A stretch of 64,000 bases of DNA from the NCBI GenBank assembly GCA_964106645.2, contig OZ067054.1; one strand, written 5' to 3'. Position numbers and translations under genes: made by a program. Shown here in pieces: positions 11,401 to 24,800 of the stretch (its first letter is position 1; every line of letters starts with the position of its first letter). Under the pieces are notes generated by a model. The model searched no databases. It was not told where the DNA came from and was given only the letters and a program-made list of their open reading frames with translations. The stretch is from Podarcis pityusensis (Eukaryota).

Positions 11401-14400
11401 TCACATATCTAGAAAACCCTTTTGAACTAAGGTTTAATCACAGAAGGTCCTTACTGTTTCCTCCATGAATTAATACTGTACAGCTCCAAACCATTAACTG
11501 GTTGGGTACTAATGGGACTAATTTGTTGGATACAGGTTTTAAGTGTATCCTCCTTTTTTCCGTGGGGGTCATCTATTGCTAAGTCTCTTTTCTGAGGCCC
11601 AGGTGGGATTTCTGAAGTTTTACCAAGTGTCCTGCTGCTCCTTCAGGTACGTCAGGTTCGATTGTTCCAAGATGAAGAAATCTACAGTGACCTCTACTTG
11701 ACTGTATGTGAATGGCCCAGTGACTCCTCCAAGGTCATCGTTTTTGGTTTCAAGTATGTTTCTTTCAATTAAACTTGCTTTTGAGATTGAGTGCGATATC
11801 TGCCAGTTGAACTTCCCACATTTCCATGAGAATCAGGAACTCATTATACTTGCTTGAGGCATTATGGATTACTGCTTATTGTATTCTGCCTTTTAAGGGA
11901 TGCTAAAAATCAGGAAAGGTATTGGTGTCTTTACAAATTATTTAACTGAGGTGGCCCCTTACTTTGATTCATTGAATCAAGCAAAAGGGTTGTGTCAGTT
12001 CCAGAGTTTGTCAAGACATTATTACCTTTTCTGAACCAAGGGTCTCTTACTTCCATGTTGTTCTAAGTAGAGCTTTGAGCTCCAGATAAAACAGATGCCA
12101 GCAAGAATTCAGTTTAAGAGGCTGTTCCTTTGCTGTTGAATGAGTTAGTGTGACTATGGAAAAGGATCATAGCTTAGTGGTGGAGCACACACTTTTCATG
12201 TAAAAAGTTGCTGGTGCAATCCCTGGAAACCTCAGATAGAGCAGGGAAAGTCTCCTGGTTGTGATGGTGGGGCACTGCTGTCATTCAGTGTGGTCACTTC
12301 AGAGCTTGAACAAAGGATGGATGGATGGATACATGAATTTCCTCCTCTGAAATTTTCCCCTTCTCTCCTGGTAGTACCCGTTCAGCCAATGGCCTGCTCA
12401 TGAACATGATGATGAGTGATGAAAACCATCGGGATATCTACATTAGTACAGTTGCTATGCCTCCTCTTGTGCACTGTCCCAGCTGCAGGGACATGGCCAT
12501 TGCACATCCAGGTGAGTGGCCTATTGCTGGCAAAGTGCCCTAAATTAATAAACTTGGAAGGACTGATTGAAATGTTTAGTAGGATAGCTAAAGCAGTAAT
12601 AATTGCACCAGTAATCCAGTGTGGGGAAATGACAGGATTCACATCATTAGAAAGAATACTTCTGCTCAATGTAATTTTCCTAAAATATTTTCATATTGCA
12701 TGCATTTCCAGTTATTAAAATGTGGCAGTCACCAAAAGTTCCTTTTTATGAAACCAATAATCACTGTGAAACATTGAAAATTTATGGCCATTGAACTTTT
12801 GTTTATAGCCATAAAGAACTTGTTTAGTTTTAGAGCCATCCCAATTCCAAGGCTCAGGTTATAGTTTCATATTGTTTCTGAAGAGGTGCCAATTGTTCTT
12901 GTCTAGAAATTCAGAAAACAACTATTTACTTTTCCGCATGTTCAGAGCTTGCCATTAGTTGGTGCTGATGATCCTTTGTACATGCTCCCTAGGTGATCCA
13001 AACGCCAAATGTTTGCAGCATGGGTTCATGCTGCACACCAAGTACCAGGTGGTGTACCCTTTCCCCACATTCCAGCCAGCATTCCAGCTTAAGAAGGACC
13101 AAGTGGTGCTGCTTAATACCAGCTATTCTCTGGTAGCTTGTGCTGTTTCTGTGCACACATCAGGTAAGAGAGTATGGGGAAGTTTGTGTGTCACTTCTCA
13201 GCCTCTGGATGAGAGTCTGTGCAAGGTGAGCTTTGAGATGTACAGCCTCAAGTGTTGCATGCCTCTGTTGCTTTTTAGAACGGGGACTGCCCAGATAAAA
13301 CATTCATATGTTGAAGCTTCCTTTCATTTGGAACACTGAGAACATACCCCATTGCAATAAATTAAAGTTCTTCCACTTTTTATGTATCAAAAAGAATTTT
13401 TCAGTCCTAAAAATCTAATTCAAACTGAGGTGAACTAACTTACTGCATTTTTATATTTTCCTTCAACCCCAAGGATTTTTAGTATGGCAAACAAAATAAT
13501 AAAAAGGCATTGATGTTTAAAAATACAAAATGACAGAACATTGTTTTTACCCTCTTGGCTCTAAGTTTATACCGTTTTCAGACAAACATCTGAAAAGCCT
13601 GAGCAAATGAAAAAAGGCCTATCTAGCACTGGATAAATAACAAAGTCAGCCCTAGACGAGTCTTTCTTGGGATGGTGAAAGAGACACTGCTTATTGCAGA
13701 GAAAGCCCTTTCACTGATCTCTGTTTTGCCTTCTGCTGCTTCTGAGAAAGTATAGGAAAGGGTGGACTGGAAAGGTTAATGAAGGTGAGAGGAATAGGCT
13801 CTTGGAATATTATTTTATTTATTTCACAAAGTTTATACACTGCTTGATTATATCTTTAAAAAACCCTCGAAGCAGTTTACAAAATGGTAACACAATAAAA
13901 TCAAGAAAAATTTACAACCATACTTTAACATAACCTGAACTTTCTAAACATCTGGGTAGCCTTGTCTGAACAAGAATGTATTTAGCAGGCGCTGAAAAGA
14001 CTACAGTAAAAGGCACCTGCTTCATATCAATAGGCAAGGTGTCCCAAAGTGTAGGTGGTGCCATACTAAATGATCAAGTTCTTACAGATGCAGAAGAGGT
14101 ATTATGTGGCATCTGTAGTAGTGCCAATTTCGCCAATTGAAGTGGGCACATGGAGCAAGGTGATCGTGTAGGCAAACTAGTCCCAAGTTGTTAAAGGCTT
14201 TCTATACTAATAGCAACACCTTGAACATGGCCTGGTAGTGAGTAGGCAACCAGTGCAGACCTCTGAGCACAGGTGTTTTATGCTGACATGACCTTGTGTT
14301 GCAGCATTCTGCACTAACTGCAGCTTCTGGATCAAGCATGAGAGAAGCTTCACCTAGAGCGCATTAGATTAATCCAGTCTTGAACTAACAAATGCATGAA

Positions 14401-17400
14401 CTACTGTGGCAACGCTTTCCTGGTCCAGAAACGGCCATAGCTGTTGAACTAGCTGCAGTTGGGAAAAGGCACTTCTAGCCTCAGAGGCTACCTGAGCCTC
14501 CAGCCACAGAGATGGATCCAGAATCACTCCCAGACTGCGAGACTGCGCAACCCCATCCAGGGCAGGCAACTGACCAAATTCTTGGATATTGGAGCTACTT
14601 GCCCACAGTGCAAATGAAAGGTTCTATCAACATTTGTCCATCTTGGGGTGGGAAGTATTTGTCACGCTAAACTAAATTTTAGAAAGACTGTGCTGCTGCA
14701 ATAAGGAACTGCCCAATTGACACTTGCGTCTTTGGTCCATCTTTCCCAGTACTAATCTGTCTTGCAAATCCTTATATGGAGGTGCCAGGGATTAAAACTC
14801 CAATGCTTACGATTATTCTTATTATATATTTATTTATACCCTCCCTCCTTTTCCCCTGATGGAACTCAAGGCAGCTTACAGATTAAAAACAAAAAGTGAT
14901 CTTTAAAAAAATGATTGATATAATTAAAACTATATACATATATAGTTTATGTATACATGTTTATGCAATATGTATATGCCTCATTTCTGAACTAAACCAG
15001 TCGTTGTCATAGATGTGAATTCTGCTTGAAAAAGAGGTAGGCTTGTGGACAGGCTGACATCCAGCCGGCCTGTGGGAAGCAAGGAGAGCTTTGATATAAA
15101 CAACATGCAGAAAAACATGAAGAGTCTGCTGGGTCGAGCCAGTGGCCCATCTAATCCGTCACTGTTCTCAGAGTGGCCACCCAGATGCCCATTGGAAGCC
15201 TTATTGCAGAACCTGAGTGCAACAACACTTTCCCATGCCCCTGAAACATTTTATCACTGCATCTTACCCCTTCCAAAGGGAACAGAATCTAAGATTTTAA
15301 TCACTTCTTGATACCTGACTATCTTGAAGTCATACTACTTTTGTTGGTGATTGAAAACAATGGTGCATCGGGTGCAGAAATTGCAATATATTCAGCATTT
15401 TCTAACCTTCCTTCGCTACCTTCTTTCAGATGACAGCAACTTTTGCCAAATCCTTTATGATAGGAGTCGTCAGCCCTGGTCTCCTGTTGAAGTCAGCCAC
15501 ACAGCTCTCATCTCACAGTGCCCTGCAGGCTTGGAAGAAGGGCTAGAAAGAGATAACTGTTACTGTCAGGGTGGAGCTGCACTGCAGCAGCCCCTTGCCG
15601 TGCCTCCGCAGGACACAGGAAGGACACATGTCTCCCCTGCTGTAGCTATGGCAAAGGAGTTTGTTGCGGACATCTTCCGGAGGGCCAAGGAAGCTAAAGG
15701 CACTGCCCCGATGGAAGAGGAGGCAGGCAGTGGGCTTCAGTGCCTTCTTGACTCGGATGGGGCCCTTGGCCAGGGCAGTTCAGCCTCTTGGGATCTAGGG
15801 AAGAGATTGGGGTCTTGCTTGCATGGCAGTGGCACTTGTAGCTCCACATCTCCTGGAACAGACAGCATCTCTGATGTGGATGGATCTCCCAAAGATTCAC
15901 CCACTGCCAGTGCTGAACTGGAAAACCAGCCAACAGAGCCAGGCTACGTGAACTATACTAAACTGCGTTATGTTATGGAGCCCAGTGATTCTTCTGAGAC
16001 AGAAGTTGGTAAGTCCCCCTTTAAAACAAAGCACAGTGTTTGAGGAAGTAGCAAATGACAGGGTTTTGAATCTCTGGCATCTGGATCTGCAGGCACAAGC
16101 AAAGAGGCTCAGTAACAAAGCCTGCAGCTGTGCTGGTTCTTGATAGCCATCCTCTTCCCTAGATGGCACAGTGTGTCAAGCCCATGCTTTTGTTTGACTT
16201 CCTGTATGTACAAGGAAAAGCTGTTTTCTTCAGCCTTGGGAATGTTTCCCATGCTGTCCCCGTTGTATAGCTACAAGCAGCAGTTTTCTTCTTGTGTTGC
16301 CCCTTATCTCGTGGGCTCCTTCTGAACACTCAACCAACAGTTTTGGGGCAAGCCTGGCAGTAGGACTGCATGAGAGATTTTTGCTCTTCTCTTCTGGAAA
16401 TATTGTCTACAACATAGGGACTTAAAAGTTCCCATGTCTCCTATTAATGTGAAGCAGTGAGGTGGAACTATGCTGAGGCATGGAGCCTAGTTGTTCTAGG
16501 CTGAATGGGCCTTGTAATGCCAATTCTACTAGTATAGTAGCTGATAGACCTAAATGTGACTTGTTCATAACCTTATTAAAGTGGCTGTTGAAGCTCTTGA
16601 GAAGTAAGTCCATGTATAAGAGGCTAATTTTTATTTTCACTTTAAGGGCAATAGATTTGACAAATTTGATAATTTGTGACTTCAACAAGAGAATACTGAG
16701 TGTGCATGTAGGGTTTTTTCCTTGGGATATTTTCCTAATCCTACCTCAGTGTTAAGCAATATGTTTACAGTTGCGTAAAGGAAGGAATGTGTGTACTCTG
16801 CAGGAAAAGGAAAATAAACTGTGCCAAGGAAAGCTGAATTATGTGATCTGTGTATGCTAGGCAGAGGTGCTGTGTGTACATCTTGCAAAATGTATTGGTC
16901 CTAGGGAGGACCAAAGAGCTGAGCACAGCACTGACCACTGACATCCTGCTCAGCTTCTCACCACTCCAGTGGTGGATAGAGGGTGTTCATCTGAATTCAT
17001 TCACTGAGAGTCTGAAGGTCTGCATAAAGTATGAATGGGGGACAGACCTGTCTTCTGCATGCATATATTTTGAAACATGCTTAGCCAGAAAACTAGGTGC
17101 CCTACCATCCATTGAGTCATTTTGAATGATGGTTCCATTATTGCTTCATTTTATGCCCTTGGACTGATTTAGGGTTGCAGGTCTCAACAACTCATCTTTC
17201 TGCAAAACTAGGATGCTGCATTTCACCATGATTGTTCGGTTTTCATGTGTGCATTGTTTGGGTCCCTAGACTGGGAAACCTATTTCAGCCCAAGGATTGT
17301 GTTCCTTTCTGGGAAATCTTCCAAGAGACATATGCCAGAGGTTGGTGGGGCCAGAAGCAAATATAGGCAGAATGATTCATTTTACCTCCTTACAGTAGGC

Positions 17401-18819
17401 TGGTTTCTGTACACATTCATCTCACGCTCTCTCTGCCTCTGCTATCCAGATAGGCATTTTCAGAGTCACATTCTAGCCATGCAGAAACACGTCTGGTGCA
17501 AAGCAGGGGCAGTGAGGGGTATGGCTTGCGGAGGGGGATATACCCTGGGGAAAGTTCTGAGGGCCAGATAGAGAGGCCTGGATAGCAGCATTTTGTCCTT
17601 GGGCCTGAGGTTCCCCACCCTTCTCTGAACCAAACAGAATGGGGGATGTTGGGAACATGATGCAAGGAAAACCTTGCGGCAAGTAGGCTGTTTTGCGGCA
17701 GGGTTTGGCAAATGAAACATGATTATCTATGTTGGGGCTCTTGGCTTTGTGCTTGTGTTGGCTGTGGTGACAGATCTCCAGCCATGGAAAATGTAGACCT
17801 TATGTCTGAAATTGTAGACTTGGCAAATGTTCAAAACATTTGACATGCAGGGGTGTGCATGTCGGCCCTGCTGCAGTGTCCCCATGTGCGTCATTCTGCA
17901 TGCTCAGTCCTCAACTTGTCCCATGTTGAGGTGGGAGGAGTCTTCAGGGGGCTGTACTCATTTTGCTTGAACTCAAGTGAATTGCCTTGCACCGTTGGGA
18001 ACCTGCTTTATCAGGGTCACCAGTCATGTAGAGGGCTCTTCTCCCACCCCGGATGAACTAACATAGAAGCCCTCTGCAAACCACCCCATGCAGCATGAGG
18101 AGAGTTGCAAACTAAAGGAGGATGTGCTACATGTACGAGGAAATTGGACGTGGGAGTTGTGTACATGCTCTTGCCGCTGCCCACATTTAAAAGCATTTGG
18201 GTGTTAAGACACTAAGTATGCCTTATATTTTCCTCTTGGATGGTTGTGCCTCTGTGAATCATCCACTTTCCACGAATCTGTACAATCTGTAGAATTGTAG
18301 AGTTGGAAGGGGCCACACGGGTTATATAGTTCAATTGCCTACAATGCAGGAATCTTTTGCTCAAACCCATGACCCTGGAGATTAAGAATATCATGCTCTA
18401 CTGACTGTTGAAGCAGATTCAGTTTTAGACTACAAAAAGTCTGGGGTTTGGGGAAGACACTGTGCCTTGCTGCTGTAATTGGACCAATATGAAGAAACCT
18501 GGGTTTCAATTCCCTTTCAGGTCACAAATCTGGCTTGGTGGTTTTGCACATTGTTGTCTCTCAGTCTTGCCCACCACACAGCACATGAAATAATTTCTTA
18601 TCTTTTGATTTTTGCATACTTCCACCTGTATAGTTATAGTGATAGGGCAGTCTCCAAATTGAGAATAGAAATTTATTTATACTTATAAAATTTATTTATA
18701 CTTGTAAAATGTGAAGAAGGCTAATATAATGGGGAGAGCCTCAGCCTTGCATTGTTGGAAAGATGAAAATTTCCTTTTGAAGCATCCTGTTCCAGGAGCA
18801 AATATTCTTTTGACCCCTG

Positions 18820-18864
<45 letters not shown>

Positions 18865-21800
18865 CTCACTCACTAAATTTGAGCTTCTTGGACAGGTGCT
18901 TCATCCTGACATCTATTTCTTTTGACTGTGTGAGATTACCCTCTCCTTCGTCTCGTTGTGTTTACTTTCAGAATATGAGGATGATAAGATCTCCTTGCCA
19001 TTTGTTGTGACAGACCTACAAGGAAGAAATTTGAAGCTGCTGAAGGAGAAGGCTGTCTGTCAGGTGAGGGTAGTTTCTGGTCCCAGCATCATTAGAGAAA
19101 CTGGATTTGCAGCTAGCCTAGACTTGTGATTGGTTCACTTAAACTGAACCATCTTGACTTATTTCTATTAACAAGGTGACCTAAAGTCACTGAGAGGAAT
19201 TAATTTAAACTCAAGCAGGTTTCCCATTACCACTTACTTCCTAAACAGAAGTGTATACTGATTACTTCATATAACCAGAAAAAGTGTAGTTTTGTAACTA
19301 AAGAGAGGGTTGTATTCAGTGCTAGTCCTATTAAGAAGAGATTTGTTGAAGTTCATTGATCTAAGTTAGTCATGTCCACTTATTTCAGTGGGTCTGTTCC
19401 AAATAGGACTAGCATTGGATACAACCCAGAGCCTTCAATACAGATCTGTTCATCTCCCAAAATGTTTAAACCGAGAGAAGAAACTCATTCAGAAAGGTAT
19501 GTGGTGTAGTCCTCTGGGGACTGCATCCCAAAAACCTGAGCACATGGAGGAATGAGCAAATAATTGAATGGCAATTATGTATGTACCAGCTCTTTGCATA
19601 TGGAAAAACTAGAAAGTTGTAGAGAAAGATCTGAATCCTTCCTAATGTGTTAATTGTCCCCAGGCTGGGAATTTTGACATTGAGGAACTTTCAAACATGT
19701 GACTTCCCCCACCTACATTCTGCAATGGTACAGTCCCTAGAGGGCTGAACCTTCTTTTTTCTAATCATGTAGAATATCATACTGATGGGCCAGGCAGTGT
19801 AGGAAGGCCATCACACCAGCAGTACGCCAACCTAAGGGGTGCTTCCACATGGATTTGCTACACACAGTTGGCTTTTGCAATATATTACAGCTGTGCCTTA
19901 GAGCCTCATCAGGGAGGTTAGCAGCAGCCACATGCTCATAATATATGATGCTGGCTTAAAGGATTATTAGAGGAGCAGAATCAGCTTTCCCCCTCAACAG
20001 AAGAGTGATCTATTTGGTTACAAAATGTCCTCTCTCTAACTGGCGGTATTTCTAGTCCTAATCTGCCTTTGTCCTATGACAGTTACTGAGCTTTCTGCTG
20101 CTGAGATGTTGTTCTGACTGTTAGTGTTGGTGCACTTGGCCTACAGAACTCACTAGCAGAAAGTTGGCAGCCTTCATCCTGGCTCACTTGAACCAACTGC
20201 TCATCCATCATCTGCAACATGAAGGTCACTTATGAAAATTACATCTGTCAACTACCCTCCAGCGCTAAAAGGGCAGCAGGTTCCACCTCAAATGAGTCTC
20301 TGGAAGATGCTCTTGGCCATTTTGACCTTCCCTGCCAAGCTTTGTTAGGATTCAAGTTATTTTAGATTCACAGTTGGGTTTTGCACATTGTAATTTTTTA
20401 TGCTGTGAATGTTTGAGAATTAAGAATTGTCTCAAGGTAGCTCTGGTTCAGGGCTGGCAATGCAAATGCTTCCCCTTTCCTAAATCCACATCTTTCTTTG
20501 CCTTTCCAGGGCCAATACTTAACAGTGGAGCAACTGACTTTAGATTTTGAGTATGTCATTAATGAGGTGATCCGGAACGATGCCTCATGGTCAAAGCAGT
20601 TTTGCTCCTTCAGTGACTATGACATCGTCATTTTGGAGGTAGGACCATGTTGGGTGTATTATCGCAGTAACGGTGCCCCATTTGGGTGCAGTTTGGGCCA
20701 TTGAGGAACTATGCTGCTCCTTGGTAATTTGCATCCTTGCAGCCATTGATCTTCAGACTTTATTTCCAAGGAAGGGCTTTATTTATTGTCTCTTTTATTA
20801 ATTTTTGATATCTGCATCAAATCCTTTTAAAGCTAAAATGAGAGAGATGTCAACATGAATAAAATAGCCAGTGCATGTCTAGTTGACATTTATTGCTACA
20901 TTGCAAGAGCCCTTGGCAATTGACCTACCTGTTTGTAATACCCTCTAGCAAACCCCACTCCCATCTTGGGTAAAAATGAGCAGCGGTCCTTTCTTTAATT
21001 TTCTGGTTAGTTGTGACTGAAGGGGAGGCTGAAACACAGTTGCGTCATTGTTTGAAAACCAGAACTCTCAATATGTTGGCCAATAGTGCCAAGCCATACT
21101 TAAAATGCTGTGGCCTAAGTAACTTAGGCTGGTACATGTGAATTCAGTGCCAGCACATGTCATCACCTGTTTATGGCACCTCTGGATTTTCCAACTCAAT
21201 AGGGCCTTTGAGTGTCCCATCTTGTTTTCAGGCATGATATCTAATTTGTACGGGAGCCTTGACTAATAAGGGGTAGCGGGAGACCTTTTTTTCTACCTCA
21301 CCAAAGGTGGCTGATATGGATCCTTCCTTTTTTAAAGACAGGGATGGCCAATTGTCTACCTAGTGTCTGATTATAAGGTGCAAAGCTTGCTACTGCTAGC
21401 CTTCTGCCGTACTTGAGGGCAGATACCAAAAGATTCCAACTGAGAAATGACTCTGCCCCTGTGGAGATGGTAATCTGGAAACAGTGGCTCATGTTCTCCT
21501 GTACTGTCCCCTTTATAAAGATCTGAGGAATGAGATCATTACCCCACTCTTTCTTACCATCTGAGGCCACATTGTTCTTTCTCTTATCAGATCAAAATTG
21601 TCAGACAACAGCAAGGGTTGCTAGGTTTATCGAAGGTGCAATGAAATTAAGGGCCACTATCTGAACTATCTGGGATGCGGGTGACGCTGTGAGTTAAACC
21701 ACAGAGCCTAGGACTTGCCGATCAGAAGGTCGGCAGTTTGAATCACCGCAACGGGGTGAGCTCTTGTTGCTCGGTCCCTGTTCCTGCCACTCTAGCAGTT

Positions 21801-24800
21801 CAAAAGCACATCAACGTGCAAGTAGATAAATAGGTACCGCTCCGGCGGGAAGGTAAACGGCGTTTCCGTGCGCTGCTCTGGTTCGCCAGAAGTGGCTTAG
21901 TCATGCTGGCCACATGAGCCGGAAGCTGTACGCCGGCTCCCTCAGCCAGTAAAGCGAGATGAGCGCCGCAACCCTAGAGTCAGCCACGACTGGACCTAAT
22001 GGTCAGGGGTCCCTTTACCTTTACCTGTCTTGAACGATAATCTTGGCCATTTGATTGCCCTTTTTGCCCTGTCCTTTTTATTTGTATATATTGCTTGTTT
22101 TATGTTGCTATGGCTGTTGGCTAATGCGAATAAAGTTTATCTTACCTATCTATCGTGCTACTGCTATTTACCTCTCATTTCTTGTGAGACATATCCACCA
22201 GATTGGAAGTGGTACTCTGCAACACAATCCTAAGACTGGCCCAGGCAATGATTGAAAGGGGTGGGAGAAATCCTTCTCCCCTGGTACCTCACAGTTTCTT
22301 GAGCCTGTGTAGCTTGGGTTATGCCTAGCCAAGGAATTAAGTGTGTGTGTTGTGCTCACCAGGGAATGTGAATTCAGACCTTAATTGCTTTTCCAGGAAG
22401 TGTGTAGCCCTTGTCCCCACTTAATTCTCTCAATAAATTAAGGGCAGAATTTACCTGCTGAGTCCCATCAGCAGAAGTTGCTTCTTGCACAGTGGGGCTT
22501 CCCTCCCCCTCATTTGCCCCCTGCAATTGGCTCTGGGTGGGTCAGGAACTCCTGGAACAGCACACAGGGGGAGAAGTGGAATTGTTCCATCTGGCAAGCT
22601 AAAATGCTTGCATTGATGGAACCATTGCCTTAGTGTGATGTTGAAGCTCACCTGGTTGCTGATTTAAAGCAATAGTTAGATAGCAGAACTCTATAAAAAC
22701 ATAAGGCGCTGGAACAAATGACTGTCCCAAAAAGTTGTCTGTTCTGAAAGATGTTGGGCCAGCAATTCTGACTTGCTGGTCCTGCTGTGAGTACAGTGCA
22801 GTTCAGGTAGTTTGCTTTTACCAGCTGTCAACTTTGCCTTCCTAGGTGTGTCCAGAAACCAACCAAGTTATTATCAATATCGGACTCCTGCTCCTAGCCT
22901 TTCCTTCTCCTGATGAAGAGGGGCAGCTCAGGTGAGTCTCTGTCACGCCCACCTTGGGCCTCTGAATATCTTCTCTCTTTGAAGTTCTGTTGTATTAGGA
23001 TTTTGACACAGAAGGACTTTTGGTAGGGGGAGAAATCTTTTGGAGTGATTTACTAGAGTAGAAGGAAGCAGAATAAGCATTAATATATAGGGCTTAAAAG
23101 TCATACACTTTGCCTGTTTTGCTAGCTCACTTTTGCATTTTGGTCTCGATTTGGATGGAGCTAAATGAATTTTTTGCATAACCTCATTTTGTGTGTGGGG
23201 GGGGGGGGGGAGAAATCAGATTTTAATGAAATTTTACCTCCTCAGCAACTTTTTATTTCTGATGTGACAAATGTTGTCTCATGATTTGTCAAAATATTGC
23301 CCAATACTGCAAATAGTAACATTAATGACATTTGTCAAATAGTCAAAACCACCCAGCTAGCAAATGTTTTCCAGTATTTACTCTCAGGTAATGAAATCAG
23401 ATGCAAAATACCAATCTCAGTACTTGGGCAAATACTTGGGTAATAACTAGTATGTGAAAATAGCATCTGTGGAGGATATATATTGAGAGCAAATTACTTT
23501 CAGCTGTGGTTCTGAGTATCAAGTTCTCTTCCTGGAGCCAACACCTGGGCATAGGCTGGTGGAGGTTCATCAGTTGCTGAGATTAATCTTGGAGTAATTT
23601 ACAAGGTATGTCGTTGTGAGGTTGGGAAGAGGATATTGCTTTTTGGTGTTCACAGCTGCTTGTCTAAATTGCCCTTTTCTGCTTTTCACAGGCCAAAGAC
23701 GTATCACACTAGTCTCAAAGTTGCATGGGATCTGAACACTGGCATCTTTGTCACAGTCAGTGTGGGAGACCTCACAGAAGTCAAAGGGCAGACCAGGTAA
23801 GACATCGTGTGATGTGCTGTAAGGGAAATCCATCTTGGATAGCTAATTGACTTGTTACCAGAGGTGCCCAGTGACTGGGTATATATTCAGTATTATGAAC
23901 ATTGCACCAAAATATCTTTTGAACGCTAATTCTTCATGTAAAACTGCATCCATTTATTTTTAATTGGCTATGAAACTTAGGGCCTGTATTGAGTACAGTT
24001 CCACCCCCTGTATTTTTGTTGTAATCCGCTTAGTTATTTTTTATGAAATAGCAGTCTCTATTTTTATAAATAAATAAAATAATTAAGGAGCTTGCTAAAG
24101 CCAACTGACACCTGTACCCATACTGCTTCACCTAAAACCGTTCCCACAGCTGAAGGGTGTTTATAGTCGCGAATGAGTAGACATTTCACGAAGCCTCAGT
24201 CTGTTGCGGATTAATGATACCAAGATGGGGAAAGAAACTGTGATTTCTTCCTTAGTACTTTGTTGGAGACCTGTTTGCAGACTGTGGACGCTGATAGAGC
24301 CCCATCTTTCCTCCCTTAGTGGCAGTGTGTGGAGCTCCTACCGGAAAAGCTGTGTGGACATGGTAATGAAATGGCTGGTGCCAGAGAGCAGTGGTCGTTA
24401 TGTCAACAGGATGACTAACGAGGCCCTTCATAAAGGTAACTCAGCACTTTCCAGGAGGCTCCTTGGTGCCTTCCTCAAGGCATAGTGGTCATAGTTGACT
24501 GGTTATTGTTGAGGCAGGAAGTCTACTTCAAACCAGGGAGCCATCTGATGGTTTCTGTGCCCGTCAGGAGGACAACAGCACATTATCTTAGCATTTTTCT
24601 GGTGTTAGATGATGGAGGAACACATGTATTTTTTCTAGGACACAGAAGGACTCATTCTCGCCCTTGCTGTTGCTCAGGGCTAACTTCTAAGTTTCAGCTT
24701 CTTCCTGTGCCTCCTTCCTAAATTGTAATGTGGTGGATTCTTGGAACACTCGTGCCCTTTTGTGGATTGCCTGGTCCAGATCAGTGTGTAGCTAATTTCA

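Noticed and set aside
12382-12718. Overlapping ORFs 12416-12718 (+) and 12382-12669 (-)
   Set aside because: Out-of-frame or antisense reads across DCAF15 exon 5 and its intron, with no independent gene signals.
18275-18407. tRNA genes (here and at the heads of other SINEs)
   Set aside because: Degenerate tRNA-like heads fused to LINE-derived tails with no intact cloverleaf, so these are SINEs.
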